Source: an uncultured virus (IMG/VR IMGVR_UViG_3300028165_000034)
Taxonomy: Duplodnaviria > Heunggongvirae > Uroviricota > Caudoviricetes
IMG/VR virus record: IMGVR_UViG_3300028165_000034
Coordinates: 1-64,000 of that record
DNA length: 64,000 bases
Strand: one strand, 5' to 3'
Part shown: positions 26,401 to 35,886 of the stretch, one piece after another
How the letters are laid out: each line of letters opens with the position of its first letter
How positions within the stretch are numbered: position 1 is the first letter of the stretch
Notes under the pieces: generated by a model
Told to the model about the DNA's origin: nothing
The model's input: the letters and a program-made list of their open reading frames with translations, nothing else
Database searches by the model: none
Program-made: the position numbers and the translations under genes

Positions 26401-29387
26401 CTGCGCCACCGAACACCATCTGCGTTGCAGGTTTCAACTTCCTGCGCAACAACAAGATGTCGGTGGTTATCGGTAACGCCGTGATCGACGTTGGCACCAA
26501 CCTGGAGTTCATCAAGGCCTTCAAGTTCAACTACGTCATCATCGACGAAAGCCACAAGCTGAAAGGGCAGAAGACTGCGAAGCACAAGGTCGTCAAGCAG
26601 TTGACCACAGCTTCGTTCATCGACTACCTGCGTATCGCCACCGGTACCCTGATTGCTGACCGTGTCACTGACATTGAAGGCCAGGTAGCGCTGTACTCGC
26701 CGCACATCTTCCGTAAAGGTGAGCTGGCTGGCTCGAACTTGGCCGAGGCCTTGGAAGAGACACTGACGCTGGGTGACGATTCTGTCCAGCTGTGGAAGGT
26801 GAACACGCCGCAACGCGCACGGCAACGTCTGTCGCGCTACGCCGCAGTTGTCACCAAGAAGAAGAAAGAGTGGGCGTTCATGTTGCCTTCTCCGATCGAA
26901 GAGTTCCACGCTGTCAAGTTCCATGTGGACACCGATCCAGCTGACGAGCAACGTAAAGGCGAACTGCATCGCCAACTCTATGACCTCGTTGTTGACGAGT
27001 CTGTGGAGGAACTGCAAAAACTCGTGGCCGCCGCCAAGAAGCGTACTCGTTCGGCTGATGAAGACGAAGACGATGATGATGACGGTGACGACGGGGAATC
27101 GTCCGAAGACGGCGAACGCTCGCAGGACATGGAGCTGGGCGACGAAGACGAACTCGGCATGCTGGACGCCGATCTTGTCAAGGCGTACCTGCAACGTATC
27201 GAGCGGCTGATTATCGCGCCCGAGCAAGACCCTGCGTTCCCCAAAATCTTCGGTGCGTACGGCATCAAGAAGTACACCTCGCGTAAGGCGAACGTGATCG
27301 CTGGCATTGTCAAAGATCACTTCAATCCGCCTGAGTGGGACCCGGGTGTTATCTACACCGAGTACCAACTCGTTGCGCGTAAGGGTGACCTGTACCTGGC
27401 TCGTAAGCAGGATCAGTCGTCGTACCGTCGTGCGTTGCTGCCTCGCGACACCATGGGCAAACGCCCTGAGGACAACAACGATATCTGGAAGAAGGAGCCG
27501 CCTGGTAAGGTTATCATCTTCTGCCGCTACACCAACTCGGTGAATGCTGTATACGACGCGCTGCCTGAGAAGTACAAGGCAATGGCTGTCAAGTTCACGG
27601 GTAAGGAAGTGGACAAGTGGGGCAACCTGAACGCCTTCAAGTCTGACCCGAAGGTGAAGATTCTCATTGCGAACGAAATGGGCATGTCCGAAGGCCACAA
27701 CCTTCAGATCGCATCGCGCCTGATTCGTGTTGAATCGCCGTGGGGTCCAGGTGAACTCGACCAGTCTGCATCGCGTATCTTCCGTCCTGATCCTAAGGGC
27801 GCTGCTGAAGGTGAGATTTACCGCGAAGTCGTGTTCCTCGACTGGGTGCTCGCTGACAACACCATGGAAGTACCGAAGCAGGCACGTCTGATCGCTAAGG
27901 TCTTCAACAAGACCCGCTTCGACGAGGCCGAGAACCCGCTGTACAACGACGTGCTTGGTAAGAACGCGCTGCCTGAGGTGAGTCTGTCGATCACCAACGT
28001 GCTGCAGGAACGTCCTTCCTTGCATGACTTCCAGAAGTACGTGAACAGCTACGCGCAACTCAACGGCATCATGCGTGCCGAGTTCCACGAAATGCGCGTG
28101 ACTCAGCCTGCCGAAATGCTGCCTGTTCCTCAGACTCCGGTCATCGAGGGCAGTGCGCAGATCAAGACCCCGTTCGTGTCCGCGCAAAACATCAAGGACC
28201 CGAATGGTTGGAAACCGCTGCCGCTGTCGAAGCTGCTGCGCGATCCAGAAGGTCAGCCGTACGTTGACAACCCACAGTCGCTCGTCGGTCAGCCGATGAT
28301 TACTGACATGGGCAACGGCATGGTTGTCTCGGTCAAGGTCCGCTACGTCGGCACTGCGAAAGAAGGCGTGGTCAACAAGGATCGCCCGATCTCCAGCCTG
28401 CAGATCAAGCTCAAGGAAACTGGCGAGCTGGTTACCTTCAACGACATGGGTATTGTCTACGCACCGACTGTCATCAGCAAGAAGGCAATCGAGCAAAACT
28501 TCGCGGTGAGCCTGGCTTATCGTAAAGCGGACATTGCCCGTGCAGAGCGTGCAGCGAAGGATCAGGAACTCCTGGACCAGAAGGAAGCTGCGAAAGAGGC
28601 ACGTCGCAACAAGCGTGAGACGCGCCAAGCCAACGTTCGCGTGCGCTCCATTGACGCTGGCGAGAAACGTTCGCGCAACATCAAGGAAGGCAAGCCTGTC
28701 AATCAGGGTGTGAAGTATGACCCTGGCATGAAGATTCCTACGACCGTACGTCGTGAGGATGAGGAGACGGAAGATACTCCGTTGAAGTTGGCCCCGGCAT
28801 ATTACCACGGCTTCCTGACGCTTGAGACTGACGACTTGGATTACACCAAGGCGTTGAAGAAGTTCAAGTTCAAGGAAATCGGCGAGTATGCGTTCATCAC
28901 CGTGAAGCGTCGTGATCAGGCGAACAAGGTGATGGACTACATCGAGGACAACTTCCACCTGAGCGATCAGACGATCGACCGACTGGATGCGTTCTTCAAA
29001 ACGTTCGCTAAAGGTCGACGTGGTCTGTATCAGATGGAGCTGGCTTCGCAGCATGAGCTGCCGCACTTCTTCGCCACGCGCAAGCAGATGGTTAAGGATC
29101 GCAAAGAGGTCCGCATCTATCCGTTCTTCATGGAAGACAAGGTGATGCTGGTGGTCGACGTTGCTACTTCGCCGATCATCAAGAAGCACATTGGTAAAGC
29201 AATCGAAGGTGCAGCGACCAAATGGCAGCTGTCTCCGGGCGCACTGATGTACTTCCCTGCCAACAAGGCTGACTTGAATGCCAAGGTCAAGGAGCTGAAA
29301 GCGGCGGGCATCAACATTGCCGAGCCTGACGTGCTCAAGGCAGAGATTGCGGAAATCAAGTTCCGCGCTGCCAAGAAACGCAACTAA
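23445..29387 (+). CDS. large SNF2-family (SF2) helicase/ATPase
   Basis: FPHQ, APGGGKT, IIDESHKLK, ATGT, KVIIFC, EGHNLQ, QSASRIFR; GAGG RBS. Confidence 0.85.
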   Translation: MGSTFELNRISAAIDLANAQQAEAREGEFRSELAEMYKVLASTPDSDFEANMVSLSNVGSTQLIKSLQPVSLEPKLYSAFNAFFFRKSRASILELFKELSEVTNSLNVLFTFMRRLLENGRTLFAMESNKPQWTARIQEMAADAIRFREILQTEADGSSPLTASMYSLIGAMMAGNKHSVTPSTTYAGGVDVNLLRSTHDSILMCSDLGYGDYLESNRTQMGYDSNKLQSYSTNTSLAVIKAARGILATLFGASAEYASFEPQRVNLPLYFDFTELQSILEKELGVDLGVNFFDNITFGSDGKTFAERFCRLTLVLHAESMAGEALSKEYSDLLATNPPEELLNSETLLKKRVQDNVTEEASLLNRKVGSTITFTFDKPTAAFITQTEKSEQLNYTTFDNWFSIWASQYLRKKGTSAKNALTDGRMKIRNIPRYVLPVSKMAAVTDARKASGMSVESTRANEDGLYVAPDGTLAYLPTAADRSKVTGIQEFERLGNEVGKIAAQYGISSSLFSEPYDKLARYGIPYNVYQEVQENWKKLIGFEDSLLSYDWDYGLRVYASGRPGIVRCRQQIGAVKPDALTIADYLGYNMAKEGEAPMQKSFADALALMTHADPLGMENPPSFYYGSSGEPGRFIKDSLFHDIFLTYFFHAYKNEVPGLQELITRAFNDLGIQKLDEETPRRQDRIYKGLLSEAGEIKGAGRNQDKDIELLQELISRTTDACSGKSGSWVYNDVRESGGADMDYFTTNEQIADHEDYFVPDRSPAHHFARLFNFIGGNVLKQILDGINSLTVEQLTSGEKSMVTEENIAEEGQTPKMVKRTALRPNSGTILDKVKPIAIVFGKYAQNYEAIEAEAEEGIKSIERDTSVGVEDIHFAGSTEKFSVFPHQLDTHRFLRKKEPPKFAVLDIAPGGGKTSIGLGDMACIIKDLQSINKKVKPLVLCPDGLILNWCDDMRQFAGDTWNMIPINGAIFNRWGADRLQEIIATAPPNTICVAGFNFLRNNKMSVVIGNAVIDVGTNLEFIKAFKFNYVIIDESHKLKGQKTAKHKVVKQLTTASFIDYLRIATGTLIADRVTDIEGQVALYSPHIFRKGELAGSNLAEALEETLTLGDDSVQLWKVNTPQRARQRLSRYAAVVTKKKKEWAFMLPSPIEEFHAVKFHVDTDPADEQRKGELHRQLYDLVVDESVEELQKLVAAAKKRTRSADEDEDDDDDGDDGESSEDGERSQDMELGDEDELGMLDADLVKAYLQRIERLIIAPEQDPAFPKIFGAYGIKKYTSRKANVIAGIVKDHFNPPEWDPGVIYTEYQLVARKGDLYLARKQDQSSYRRALLPRDTMGKRPEDNNDIWKKEPPGKVIIFCRYTNSVNAVYDALPEKYKAMAVKFTGKEVDKWGNLNAFKSDPKVKILIANEMGMSEGHNLQIASRLIRVESPWGPGELDQSASRIFRPDPKGAAEGEIYREVVFLDWVLADNTMEVPKQARLIAKVFNKTRFDEAENPLYNDVLGKNALPEVSLSITNVLQERPSLHDFQKYVNSYAQLNGIMRAEFHEMRVTQPAEMLPVPQTPVIEGSAQIKTPFVSAQNIKDPNGWKPLPLSKLLRDPEGQPYVDNPQSLVGQPMITDMGNGMVVSVKVRYVGTAKEGVVNKDRPISSLQIKLKETGELVTFNDMGIVYAPTVISKKAIEQNFAVSLAYRKADIARAERAAKDQELLDQKEAAKEARRNKRETRQANVRVRSIDAGEKRSRNIKEGKPVNQGVKYDPGMKIPTTVRREDEETEDTPLKLAPAYYHGFLTLETDDLDYTKALKKFKFKEIGEYAFITVKRRDQANKVMDYIEDNFHLSDQTIDRLDAFFKTFAKGRRGLYQMELASQHELPHFFATRKQMVKDRKEVRIYPFFMEDKVMLVVDVATSPIIKKHIGKAIEGAATKWQLSPGALMYFPANKADLNAKVKELKAAGINIAEPDVLKAEIAEIKFRAAKKRN

Positions 29388-29395
29388 CTGAGAAC

Positions 29396-29411
29396 GGGGA
29401 CTTCGGTCCCC
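29396..29411 (+). other. GC hairpin with cUUCGg tetraloop
   Basis: GGGGAC-TTCG-GTCCCC, no clear T tail. Confidence 0.55.
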
Positions 29412-29431
29412 TGACTCTTGAGGAGAGTGCA

Positions 29432-29941
29432 ATGCAAATCACCAAAGAGAAGATGATGGCGCAGCAGCTGGTGCTGTTCCATCTCGGCTACTACAAGGGT
29501 AACATCGACGGTATCTGGAGCGCCGCCACCATCCAAGCCAAGAAAGACTTCGAGGCCGATGTGTCGTTCCTGCCTGCGTACCCGAACGGCGGCCTGCCTT
29601 TCGGTGAGCGCGACAAGTTGCCGAAGAACTGGGTCTATCAGGCCAAGGGTTTGATCGGCCATCGCTCGCTCGACGCTGAGAAGGCGAAAGAAATCATGGC
29701 AGACCACACCAAGCGCATCGAAGCCTCGCAAGCCCGTGCGCAGGCAGAAGTTGCCAAGACCGCTGGTCAAGTCCAAACGCCGCAGCCTACTGCCGACGTG
29801 AACGACAAGACCACGGTCAAGGAAGAGCGCCTTGTCACCGACAGTCCACAGCGCGAAGACACTGTGCAGTCGAAGACAGCGCGTGCCCAGGTCCTCGAAA
29901 CCAACGAGGGTAACCACGACAAGAACAAAAGGAACGGCTAA
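29432..29941 (+). CDS. peptidoglycan-binding domain protein
   Basis: QQLVLFHLGYYKGNIDGIWSAATIQAKKDFE resembles PG_binding_1. Confidence 0.7.
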   Translation: MQITKEKMMAQQLVLFHLGYYKGNIDGIWSAATIQAKKDFEADVSFLPAYPNGGLPFGERDKLPKNWVYQAKGLIGHRSLDAEKAKEIMADHTKRIEASQARAQAEVAKTAGQVQTPQPTADVNDKTTVKEERLVTDSPQREDTVQSKTARAQVLETNEGNHDKNKRNG

Positions 29942-30445
29942 GTGAAACACCCTGCTGAGTTGACCTATGCAGCATTCAGACTCCGGGGTGCCACGCGACG
30001 TTACCTGTTCTGCCGTACCGACGAGAAGCCTCACTTCGGTGACAACACGTTCGACTTCCTCGGTTACTTTGGTTTCGGCAGTGGTGAGTTTGGAGGTGAG
30101 CACCCACAGCAGTTCGACGGACTGCGCGTCAAGGTGCAAGTCTTCACGGACCCTGAATTCGCTCTGGCCTATATCTCGACGCTGATGACTCAGCCGACGG
30201 ATGGGTTCAGTGGCTTCTTCACCCACGACGGCTACACGTTCCATGTCGTGACCGAGGACGCAGAGGGTGTTCCACTGACTCACCTGAAAGCGCTCAACTG
30301 GCACTACTACACCAACGTTGGCGGCTCCAAGAAACTTGCGCATGACCACATCGTGACCTTGAATCGTCGCCATGTGCTGTTCGCAACCTACGAGGAGCAG
30401 AGTGCGTTACTCACGCGCTACGCCAAACTCGCTGGAGTTTTCTAG
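29942..30445 (+). CDS. hypothetical protein
   Basis: GTG start abutting upstream stop. Confidence 0.65.
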   Translation: MKHPAELTYAAFRLRGATRRYLFCRTDEKPHFGDNTFDFLGYFGFGSGEFGGEHPQQFDGLRVKVQVFTDPEFALAYISTLMTQPTDGFSGFFTHDGYTFHVVTEDAEGVPLTHLKALNWHYYTNVGGSKKLAHDHIVTLNRRHVLFATYEEQSALLTRYAKLAGVF

Positions 30446-30449
30446 CACC

Positions 30450-30478
30450 AAGGCGGCCTTCGGGTCGCCTTTTTCTTT
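30450..30478 (+). terminator. rho-independent terminator
   Basis: AAGGCGGCC-TTCG-GGTCGCCTTTTT. Confidence 0.85.
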
Positions 30479-30480
30479 GG

Positions 30481-30489
30481 AACTGTAAA
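30481..30489 (+). promoter_or_regulatory. candidate phage promoter motif AACTGTAAA
   Basis: Between the terminator and the DNA polymerase start. Confidence 0.5.
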
Positions 30490-30516
30490 CACACCATAGT
30501 CTTTGACTAGAGGTCC

Positions 30517-33500
30517 GTGACAATGCCGAAGTGCGATCACGTCGAGTTGGACTATACATACTCCAAGAAGTTCCGTAGAGTCGAGAACAACTATGGGTAT
30601 GTCCGGCTCGCCAAATCTTCCAAGAAGAACGCGAAGAGGAAAATCCTGTTCGTGCTCGATTATGTGCCGACCGAAGACCTACGCTCTGGTCGGATGCTGT
30701 CTGGTGCCACTGGTCAGTTGTTTGACAACCTGATCGCCGTGGTCGAACGCCACTATCACTCTGAGGTCAAACTCTCCGAGTGCAACTGGCTGGCTGTGAG
30801 TTACAACGCTTTCAAGACTGCTGGCATGCCTGAGCAATTCCGCACAGAAGCCAAGCAGGAGTTTACCGAGCGCATCAACCACATCATCACCGAGTACAAG
30901 CCTGACGTTGTGATGACGTTTGGTATGGACCCGCTGCGTGCGCTCAATGGGGAATACATCAGCAAGTTCCGCGACAAGAAAGGCATTCACTGGGAGCACT
31001 TCTACGGTGTGCCAATCAAGACGAAGGCCAAGTCTGGTGGCAAGACGCACAAGTACAAGCACGTCAGTTCGTTCAGCCTGAACACGTTGGTGGGTGCCAC
31101 AGGTAAGGGTGAGCCAATGTACCTAGCCGGGTACGTGGCACGCAACATTATGAACGCGCTGTACGGCAAGCTTCGATACGAAATGCCGAAGCTGGAGTTC
31201 AAGACTCGACTGGTTGACTCCATCGAGAAGTTTGACAAGATGATGGAGACTCTGTACGACGCGCCTGTTGTCGCAATCGACACAGAGACCAAGAACCTGA
31301 ACCGCATCGTGAACCGAATGCTGACTATCCAGTTCGCAGTCGATGAACATGCGGCGTACATCGTTCCTATCGGGCACAAGGACAGTCCTTGGCTGCCTGA
31401 GGAATTGAAGTACATCAAGAAGAAGCTCAAGGCCTACTTCGAGCATCGCAACAAGAACAAGGAACACATCTACGCCAACGCCGTGTTCGACCTGAATCGG
31501 ATTCGCGTTGACCTGGGTGTGCGGCATTTCAAGAATGCCGTGTGGGACGTGTTCGCAGGTGAGTTTGGTCTGGACGAGAACATGAAGATCATGAACTCGT
31601 ACGGCAACACCTACTACACCTTGTTGAACATCACCATGCAGTACGGGTGCCATGCGTACTACGAGTCGGACTTCGGTAAGGACAAGCGTGCCACGATTGA
31701 AACCGTGGACTTGGACAAGCCGCTCCTGAACTACTGTGCGCTGGACGTTATCACCCTGATCCACATTCGTCGCCTGCAGATACAGCGTGCGAAGGACTTT
31801 GGCTATCGCAAGTTCAAGTCCATCGTGCGCGAGCAGATCAGCGATATGCTCCACGTGTTCTCCTGTCTGGAGACCAACGGATGTAAGACGGATATCAACT
31901 GGTTGTTCTACCTCAAGTCGAACGACAGTCCGATCATCCAGCATCGCGAGGCAGTCATCAAGGCGTTGGAAGAAACGGCAGGTGCCGAGAAGACCAACAA
32001 CCGACTCCAGAAGAATACCGGCGCGCCAGCGAAAGGTATCTGGGGCAAGACCAAGATGAAGATTTTCAACGTGGCGAAGAAAGCGCACTTGAACATGATG
32101 ATGTTCGACGTGCTCAAGTTGAAACCCACGTCTGTCGGCAAGAACGGTCAAGGCGCCGTCGACAAGGACTTCCAGAAGAAGTATGCGGACGTCCCAGAGG
32201 TCGCGCTGTATAACGAGCTCCAGAAGATCAAGAAAATCTTCAACAGCTACGTCAAGGCGTTCGTGAAGCAATGGGGTTCCGACCCTGATATGCGGTTCGA
32301 CTCCTGCATCCGACCGTTCTTCAACTTCCGTGACGTTGTGACGGGCCGTACTTCTGCGAAGAAGCCGTCGCTCCACCAGTTGCCAAGTCGAAACGACATT
32401 ACCGAGTTCATCAAGAAGATGTTCCCGGGACGTGCCGACCTTGGTAAGTTCATCAAGCGATTGTTCATTGCGGACAAGGGCCGTCTGATCCTAAAGATCG
32501 ACTATGCGGCTCACGAAGTTCGTGGTTGGTCGATCATCACTGGTGACAAGGAAGTAGCTGACCTGTTCTGGCACGGCTTGCGTATGCGTAACCAGTACAA
32601 GCTGTTCCCGACGCCTGAGCTTGCGCACAAGATCGCGATGGAAGGTGACGTCCACCGTATCAACGCCGCGTACTTCTTCGGCATGGATATCAACGACGTT
32701 GACAAGCCGAAGCGTAACAGCGTTAAGCAGGTAGTCTTCGGTCTGATCTACCAGCAGGGTGTTGAAGGTTCTGCGAAGTCTACTGGCCAGACGGTCGAAG
32801 CGATTAAGGCACTGATCAAGGCGTTCTTCAAACGCTTCCCAGTTGGTGCTGGTTGGTTCGACAAGATCAAGAAGAAGGCTGCCGACCAGTTGTTCGTCGA
32901 GTCTCCTCTGGGTCGCCGTCGTAACCTGTGGGCGTTCCTGATTCCGAAAGATGCCAAGTCGTTTGATGGTGTGTACGCGGCTACTGGTCGTCGTGCAGTG
33001 AACTCGCCGATTCAGGGCATGGGTTCTGACTTCCTCGTGTCTGGTGCTCGCCTGATTGAGCAACTGCGCTGGAAGCACTACAAAGAGACCAAGCACTACC
33101 CAGACTTCTACATGACCAACTCGGTACACGACTCCCTTGAGTTCTCGGTTGCTTATGAAGACGTGTGGAACGCGATCCGTATTATCGAACACGGTCTTAC
33201 CTACGGTGTGATGGACGTCATGGAGAAACGCCATGGCATGAAGTTCCTCGTGCCGCTGGAGATTGACTTCGAGATTGGTGCGAACATCCGCGACTGCGCT
33301 GGTTGGGACTACAGCCTCAAGTCTGCCGATCCTGATTTCAAGGACAACGTGGCAGGCAAGAAGCCAGTGGACAAGAAAGGCGAGAAGAAGGAAGACGATG
33401 GAAGTATCGAGAACCTGATCTACCAAGCGCTCAAGCAGCAGCGCGACGAGTTCAAGTACGATGTGGACGTCGATGCCGTATTCAAGCAAATCATGTCCAA

Positions 33501-33693
33501 GCAGTATGTCGATATGCCTGACTGGGCGAAGAAGCAAGCCTGGAACACTGGCATGAAGATGGAAGGCATGAAGAAGGACCCACGCACTACCGACGAGGTG
33601 ATCGACAAGAAGAAGTCGAAGTCTCTGATGGAGAAGCTGGTCGCCAAGCCTGCCGAGAAGAAAAAGAAGAAGTCCCTTAAGGAGGCTGCATGA
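30517..33693 (+). CDS. family A DNA polymerase with 3'-5' exonuclease and UDG-like N-terminal domain
   Basis: ExoI AIDTET, ExoIII YCALD, TGRTS, motif A IDYAAHEVR, motif B KQVVFGLIY, motif C VHDS. Confidence 0.93.
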   Translation: MTMPKCDHVELDYTYSKKFRRVENNYGYVRLAKSSKKNAKRKILFVLDYVPTEDLRSGRMLSGATGQLFDNLIAVVERHYHSEVKLSECNWLAVSYNAFKTAGMPEQFRTEAKQEFTERINHIITEYKPDVVMTFGMDPLRALNGEYISKFRDKKGIHWEHFYGVPIKTKAKSGGKTHKYKHVSSFSLNTLVGATGKGEPMYLAGYVARNIMNALYGKLRYEMPKLEFKTRLVDSIEKFDKMMETLYDAPVVAIDTETKNLNRIVNRMLTIQFAVDEHAAYIVPIGHKDSPWLPEELKYIKKKLKAYFEHRNKNKEHIYANAVFDLNRIRVDLGVRHFKNAVWDVFAGEFGLDENMKIMNSYGNTYYTLLNITMQYGCHAYYESDFGKDKRATIETVDLDKPLLNYCALDVITLIHIRRLQIQRAKDFGYRKFKSIVREQISDMLHVFSCLETNGCKTDINWLFYLKSNDSPIIQHREAVIKALEETAGAEKTNNRLQKNTGAPAKGIWGKTKMKIFNVAKKAHLNMMMFDVLKLKPTSVGKNGQGAVDKDFQKKYADVPEVALYNELQKIKKIFNSYVKAFVKQWGSDPDMRFDSCIRPFFNFRDVVTGRTSAKKPSLHQLPSRNDITEFIKKMFPGRADLGKFIKRLFIADKGRLILKIDYAAHEVRGWSIITGDKEVADLFWHGLRMRNQYKLFPTPELAHKIAMEGDVHRINAAYFFGMDINDVDKPKRNSVKQVVFGLIYQQGVEGSAKSTGQTVEAIKALIKAFFKRFPVGAGWFDKIKKKAADQLFVESPLGRRRNLWAFLIPKDAKSFDGVYAATGRRAVNSPIQGMGSDFLVSGARLIEQLRWKHYKETKHYPDFYMTNSVHDSLEFSVAYEDVWNAIRIIEHGLTYGVMDVMEKRHGMKFLVPLEIDFEIGANIRDCAGWDYSLKSADPDFKDNVAGKKPVDKKGEKKEDDGSIENLIYQALKQQRDEFKYDVDVDAVFKQIMSKQYVDMPDWAKKQAWNTGMKMEGMKKDPRTTDEVIDKKKSKSLMEKLVAKPAEKKKKKSLKEAA

Positions 33694-34019
33694 TACAACA
33701 CGCGCTGGAGCTGCTCAATGAGGCAGCAACGCTTGACCCGCGCGTGTTTGACTTGTTTGCTGTCAACACTCCCATCAGTCCGCTGGTGGGAGCGACAACC
33801 GATATCGAAGTGATGATGGTTGGTCCTGACACGGGCATGCTCAATGCGCTCGGACTTATCAACGGGCTGCTGGCTTCTTCGGGTCAGCGCCTGATCATTC
33901 AAACGGAGACAGTCGATGGGCATATTCGGCGCTCTTTCTCCTCCGCCGACATACCGGGATTTGCGGATCGAGGTGAAGTTCAGCGAAGCCTTGATGCACC
34001 GGATTCGTCGCTCGGGTGA
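33690..34019 (+). CDS. hypothetical protein
   Basis: AAGGAGG RBS, ATGA coupling. Confidence 0.65.
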   Translation: MIQHALELLNEAATLDPRVFDLFAVNTPISPLVGATTDIEVMMVGPDTGMLNALGLINGLLASSGQRLIIQTETVDGHIRRSFSSADIPGFADRGEVQRSLDAPDSSLG

Positions 34020-34302
34020 TCGCACTGCGCAAGACCAGATCGAAAACGGAACCATGCGCGACTGGCAAGCTCGCTATCAACAGCGATTCATTGACCTGTG
34101 CCAGAGTATGGAACAGGTTGATGTTCTGCGCCACGCCGCCGTGAGTGTAAAGCATATGCTGATGCACCATGTGCGCGATGCACTGGACGGCCATGATATT
34201 TCCGTGGGTATGCAACTCGGCGAAGTCATTATCCTATACGCTGACATTACACCCAAGGGCGTCAAGTGTACGACCGTAATGCCTAGCGTGCTGCTACAGT
34301 AA
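33973..34302 (+). CDS. hypothetical protein
   Basis: ORF fills the gap before the clamp gene; start uncertain. Confidence 0.5.
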   Translation: MKFSEALMHRIRRSGDRTAQDQIENGTMRDWQARYQQRFIDLCQSMEQVDVLRHAAVSVKHMLMHHVRDALDGHDISVGMQLGEVIILYADITPKGVKCTTVMPSVLLQ

Positions 34303-34310
34303 GGACAGGT

Positions 34311-35459
34311 ATGAAAATCTCCCAATCTCCGAATCTGCAATTCGAGGCTCAGGCCAAAGAGTTGCAGCAAGCGATCCAAAAGGTAGTGAGCATCACGTCC
34401 TTCGTGGACTGTCTCGATACCGAGCGACGCCATGCGATGCTGGTCAGTGATGGCAAGGCTTACATCGTAGGTATTACCCCAGATGCGTTCGCGTGCGTCT
34501 GCGTCGGCAAGTCTGCTGGCGGCAAGAACGGCGCGTTCATCTTCGAGCCCGCGAAAGTGCAGGGCCTGATCAAGAATCGTGACGGCCTGTCGATCAGTGG
34601 TGACAAAGCCGAGTTGATCGTGCAAGCGCTCAAGGGCAAGTATCGAGCGACTACCGAACTGCAACTGCTCGACGATGCCGACATTGTTCGCCTGAAGGAC
34701 GTGTTCAATCCGCCGAAGTCCAAGAAGCTCAGCCGTGAAGTTATCAAGGCGATCCGCGAAGGTATCAAAGCCGCATCGCTCACCAACTTCTACACCGACG
34801 ACATTATCCTTTCGTTCGTCAAGGTCTCCGAGAAGGGTGTGGTGATCGAGTCCGCAGACAACTTCCACCTGAGCCAATACAAGGCGAAAGTGAAGTCTGA
34901 CGTGACGCTGCGCTTCGCAATTCCAACTCGCACGTTCAACATGCTGGACCGTTTCATCGGCGACAGTGAGCCGAAGATCAGTCTCAACGGTAGCCAGTTG
35001 TGCATCCGTGGTGACGACTACGTTGTGTCGGTACCTGAGATTCAGGAAGACGAGTTCAAGTTCAGCATGGTGGCCGAGTTCCTGAAGTCGCTGCCAGCAC
35101 CGTCCATGACCGTGACGTTCAACCCGGAATCGCTCAAGGCCGTGGACAATATGTTCGCCATCGTCACCGAAGATACCAAGATGGCAATGCAGTTCAAGGA
35201 CAAGGGCATCAAGATGAAGATGCTCACCAAGAGCGGCAGCGTCGAGGATGCGTGCAAGGCGCAGATCAAAGGTGACCCACGTACCATTCACGTCGACCCG
35301 CGCATCCTCAAGGACTTGTTCGACAAGATCAAGGACGACGAAGTGCCGATGAACCTGTTCAAGGCGCGCAACAAAGGTGCGACCTCGACCTTCTGCATCG
35401 TCACTCAGCCCGCTAAGGGTGTGCAGTTGACCCAGCTTGGGACCTTCTATGACGAATGA
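34311..35459 (+). CDS. sliding clamp, DNA polymerase III beta-like
   Basis: 382 aa (beta-clamp size), IESADNFHLS resembles the vATDghRLa motif, next to polymerase, DnaX present in window. Confidence 0.6.
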   Translation: MKISQSPNLQFEAQAKELQQAIQKVVSITSFVDCLDTERRHAMLVSDGKAYIVGITPDAFACVCVGKSAGGKNGAFIFEPAKVQGLIKNRDGLSISGDKAELIVQALKGKYRATTELQLLDDADIVRLKDVFNPPKSKKLSREVIKAIREGIKAASLTNFYTDDIILSFVKVSEKGVVIESADNFHLSQYKAKVKSDVTLRFAIPTRTFNMLDRFIGDSEPKISLNGSQLCIRGDDYVVSVPEIQEDEFKFSMVAEFLKSLPAPSMTVTFNPESLKAVDNMFAIVTEDTKMAMQFKDKGIKMKMLTKSGSVEDACKAQIKGDPRTIHVDPRILKDLFDKIKDDEVPMNLFKARNKGATSTFCIVTQPAKGVQLTQLGTFYDE

Positions 35460-35886
35460 CGTGAGCCTGATTTTCAGTCTTGCGGATGAAGTCGAAATCA
35501 CCAGCAAAAGCATCAACGAGTTTGTCAAGCTGGGCACTGCGCACGATGGCTACCACGCCGCCGTGTTCTTTCGCCCAGTGGTGCAGACCTTACTTCTGAT
35601 CGACCACAAGAATCCCGTGGTGCTCAATCGGTTCTGCACCATGTACAACTTCGTCAACCGACGCGGTACCGTATACGGGCACCTATTTGTGGTCGACGAG
35701 TCCAAGCTGGAGATTGTGGACAACCGCATGATCGTCCGTTGCAACGTCAGGGAGAAGTATGACTTTGAGACCTTGACCATCAGCAACGACAAAACCAAAC
35801 TCCTGTTCTTCAAGTCAAGCAGTGGATGCTTGCTGACGCTGATCGCAGGGCAAGAAGATTCAGCCTATCTGGTGCGGGAGGGTTAA
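35449..35886 (+). CDS. hypothetical protein
   Basis: Overlaps the upstream stop. Confidence 0.65.
   Translation: MTNDVSLIFSLADEVEITSKSINEFVKLGTAHDGYHAAVFFRPVVQTLLLIDHKNPVVLNRFCTMYNFVNRRGTVYGHLFVVDESKLEIVDNRMIVRCNVREKYDFETLTISNDKTKLLFFKSSSGCLLTLIAGQEDSAYLVREG

Noticed and set aside
23568..29432. 771-aa and 1173-aa minus-strand ORFs
   Set aside because: Antisense to the SNF2 gene; the same shadow pattern occurs opposite most + strand genes
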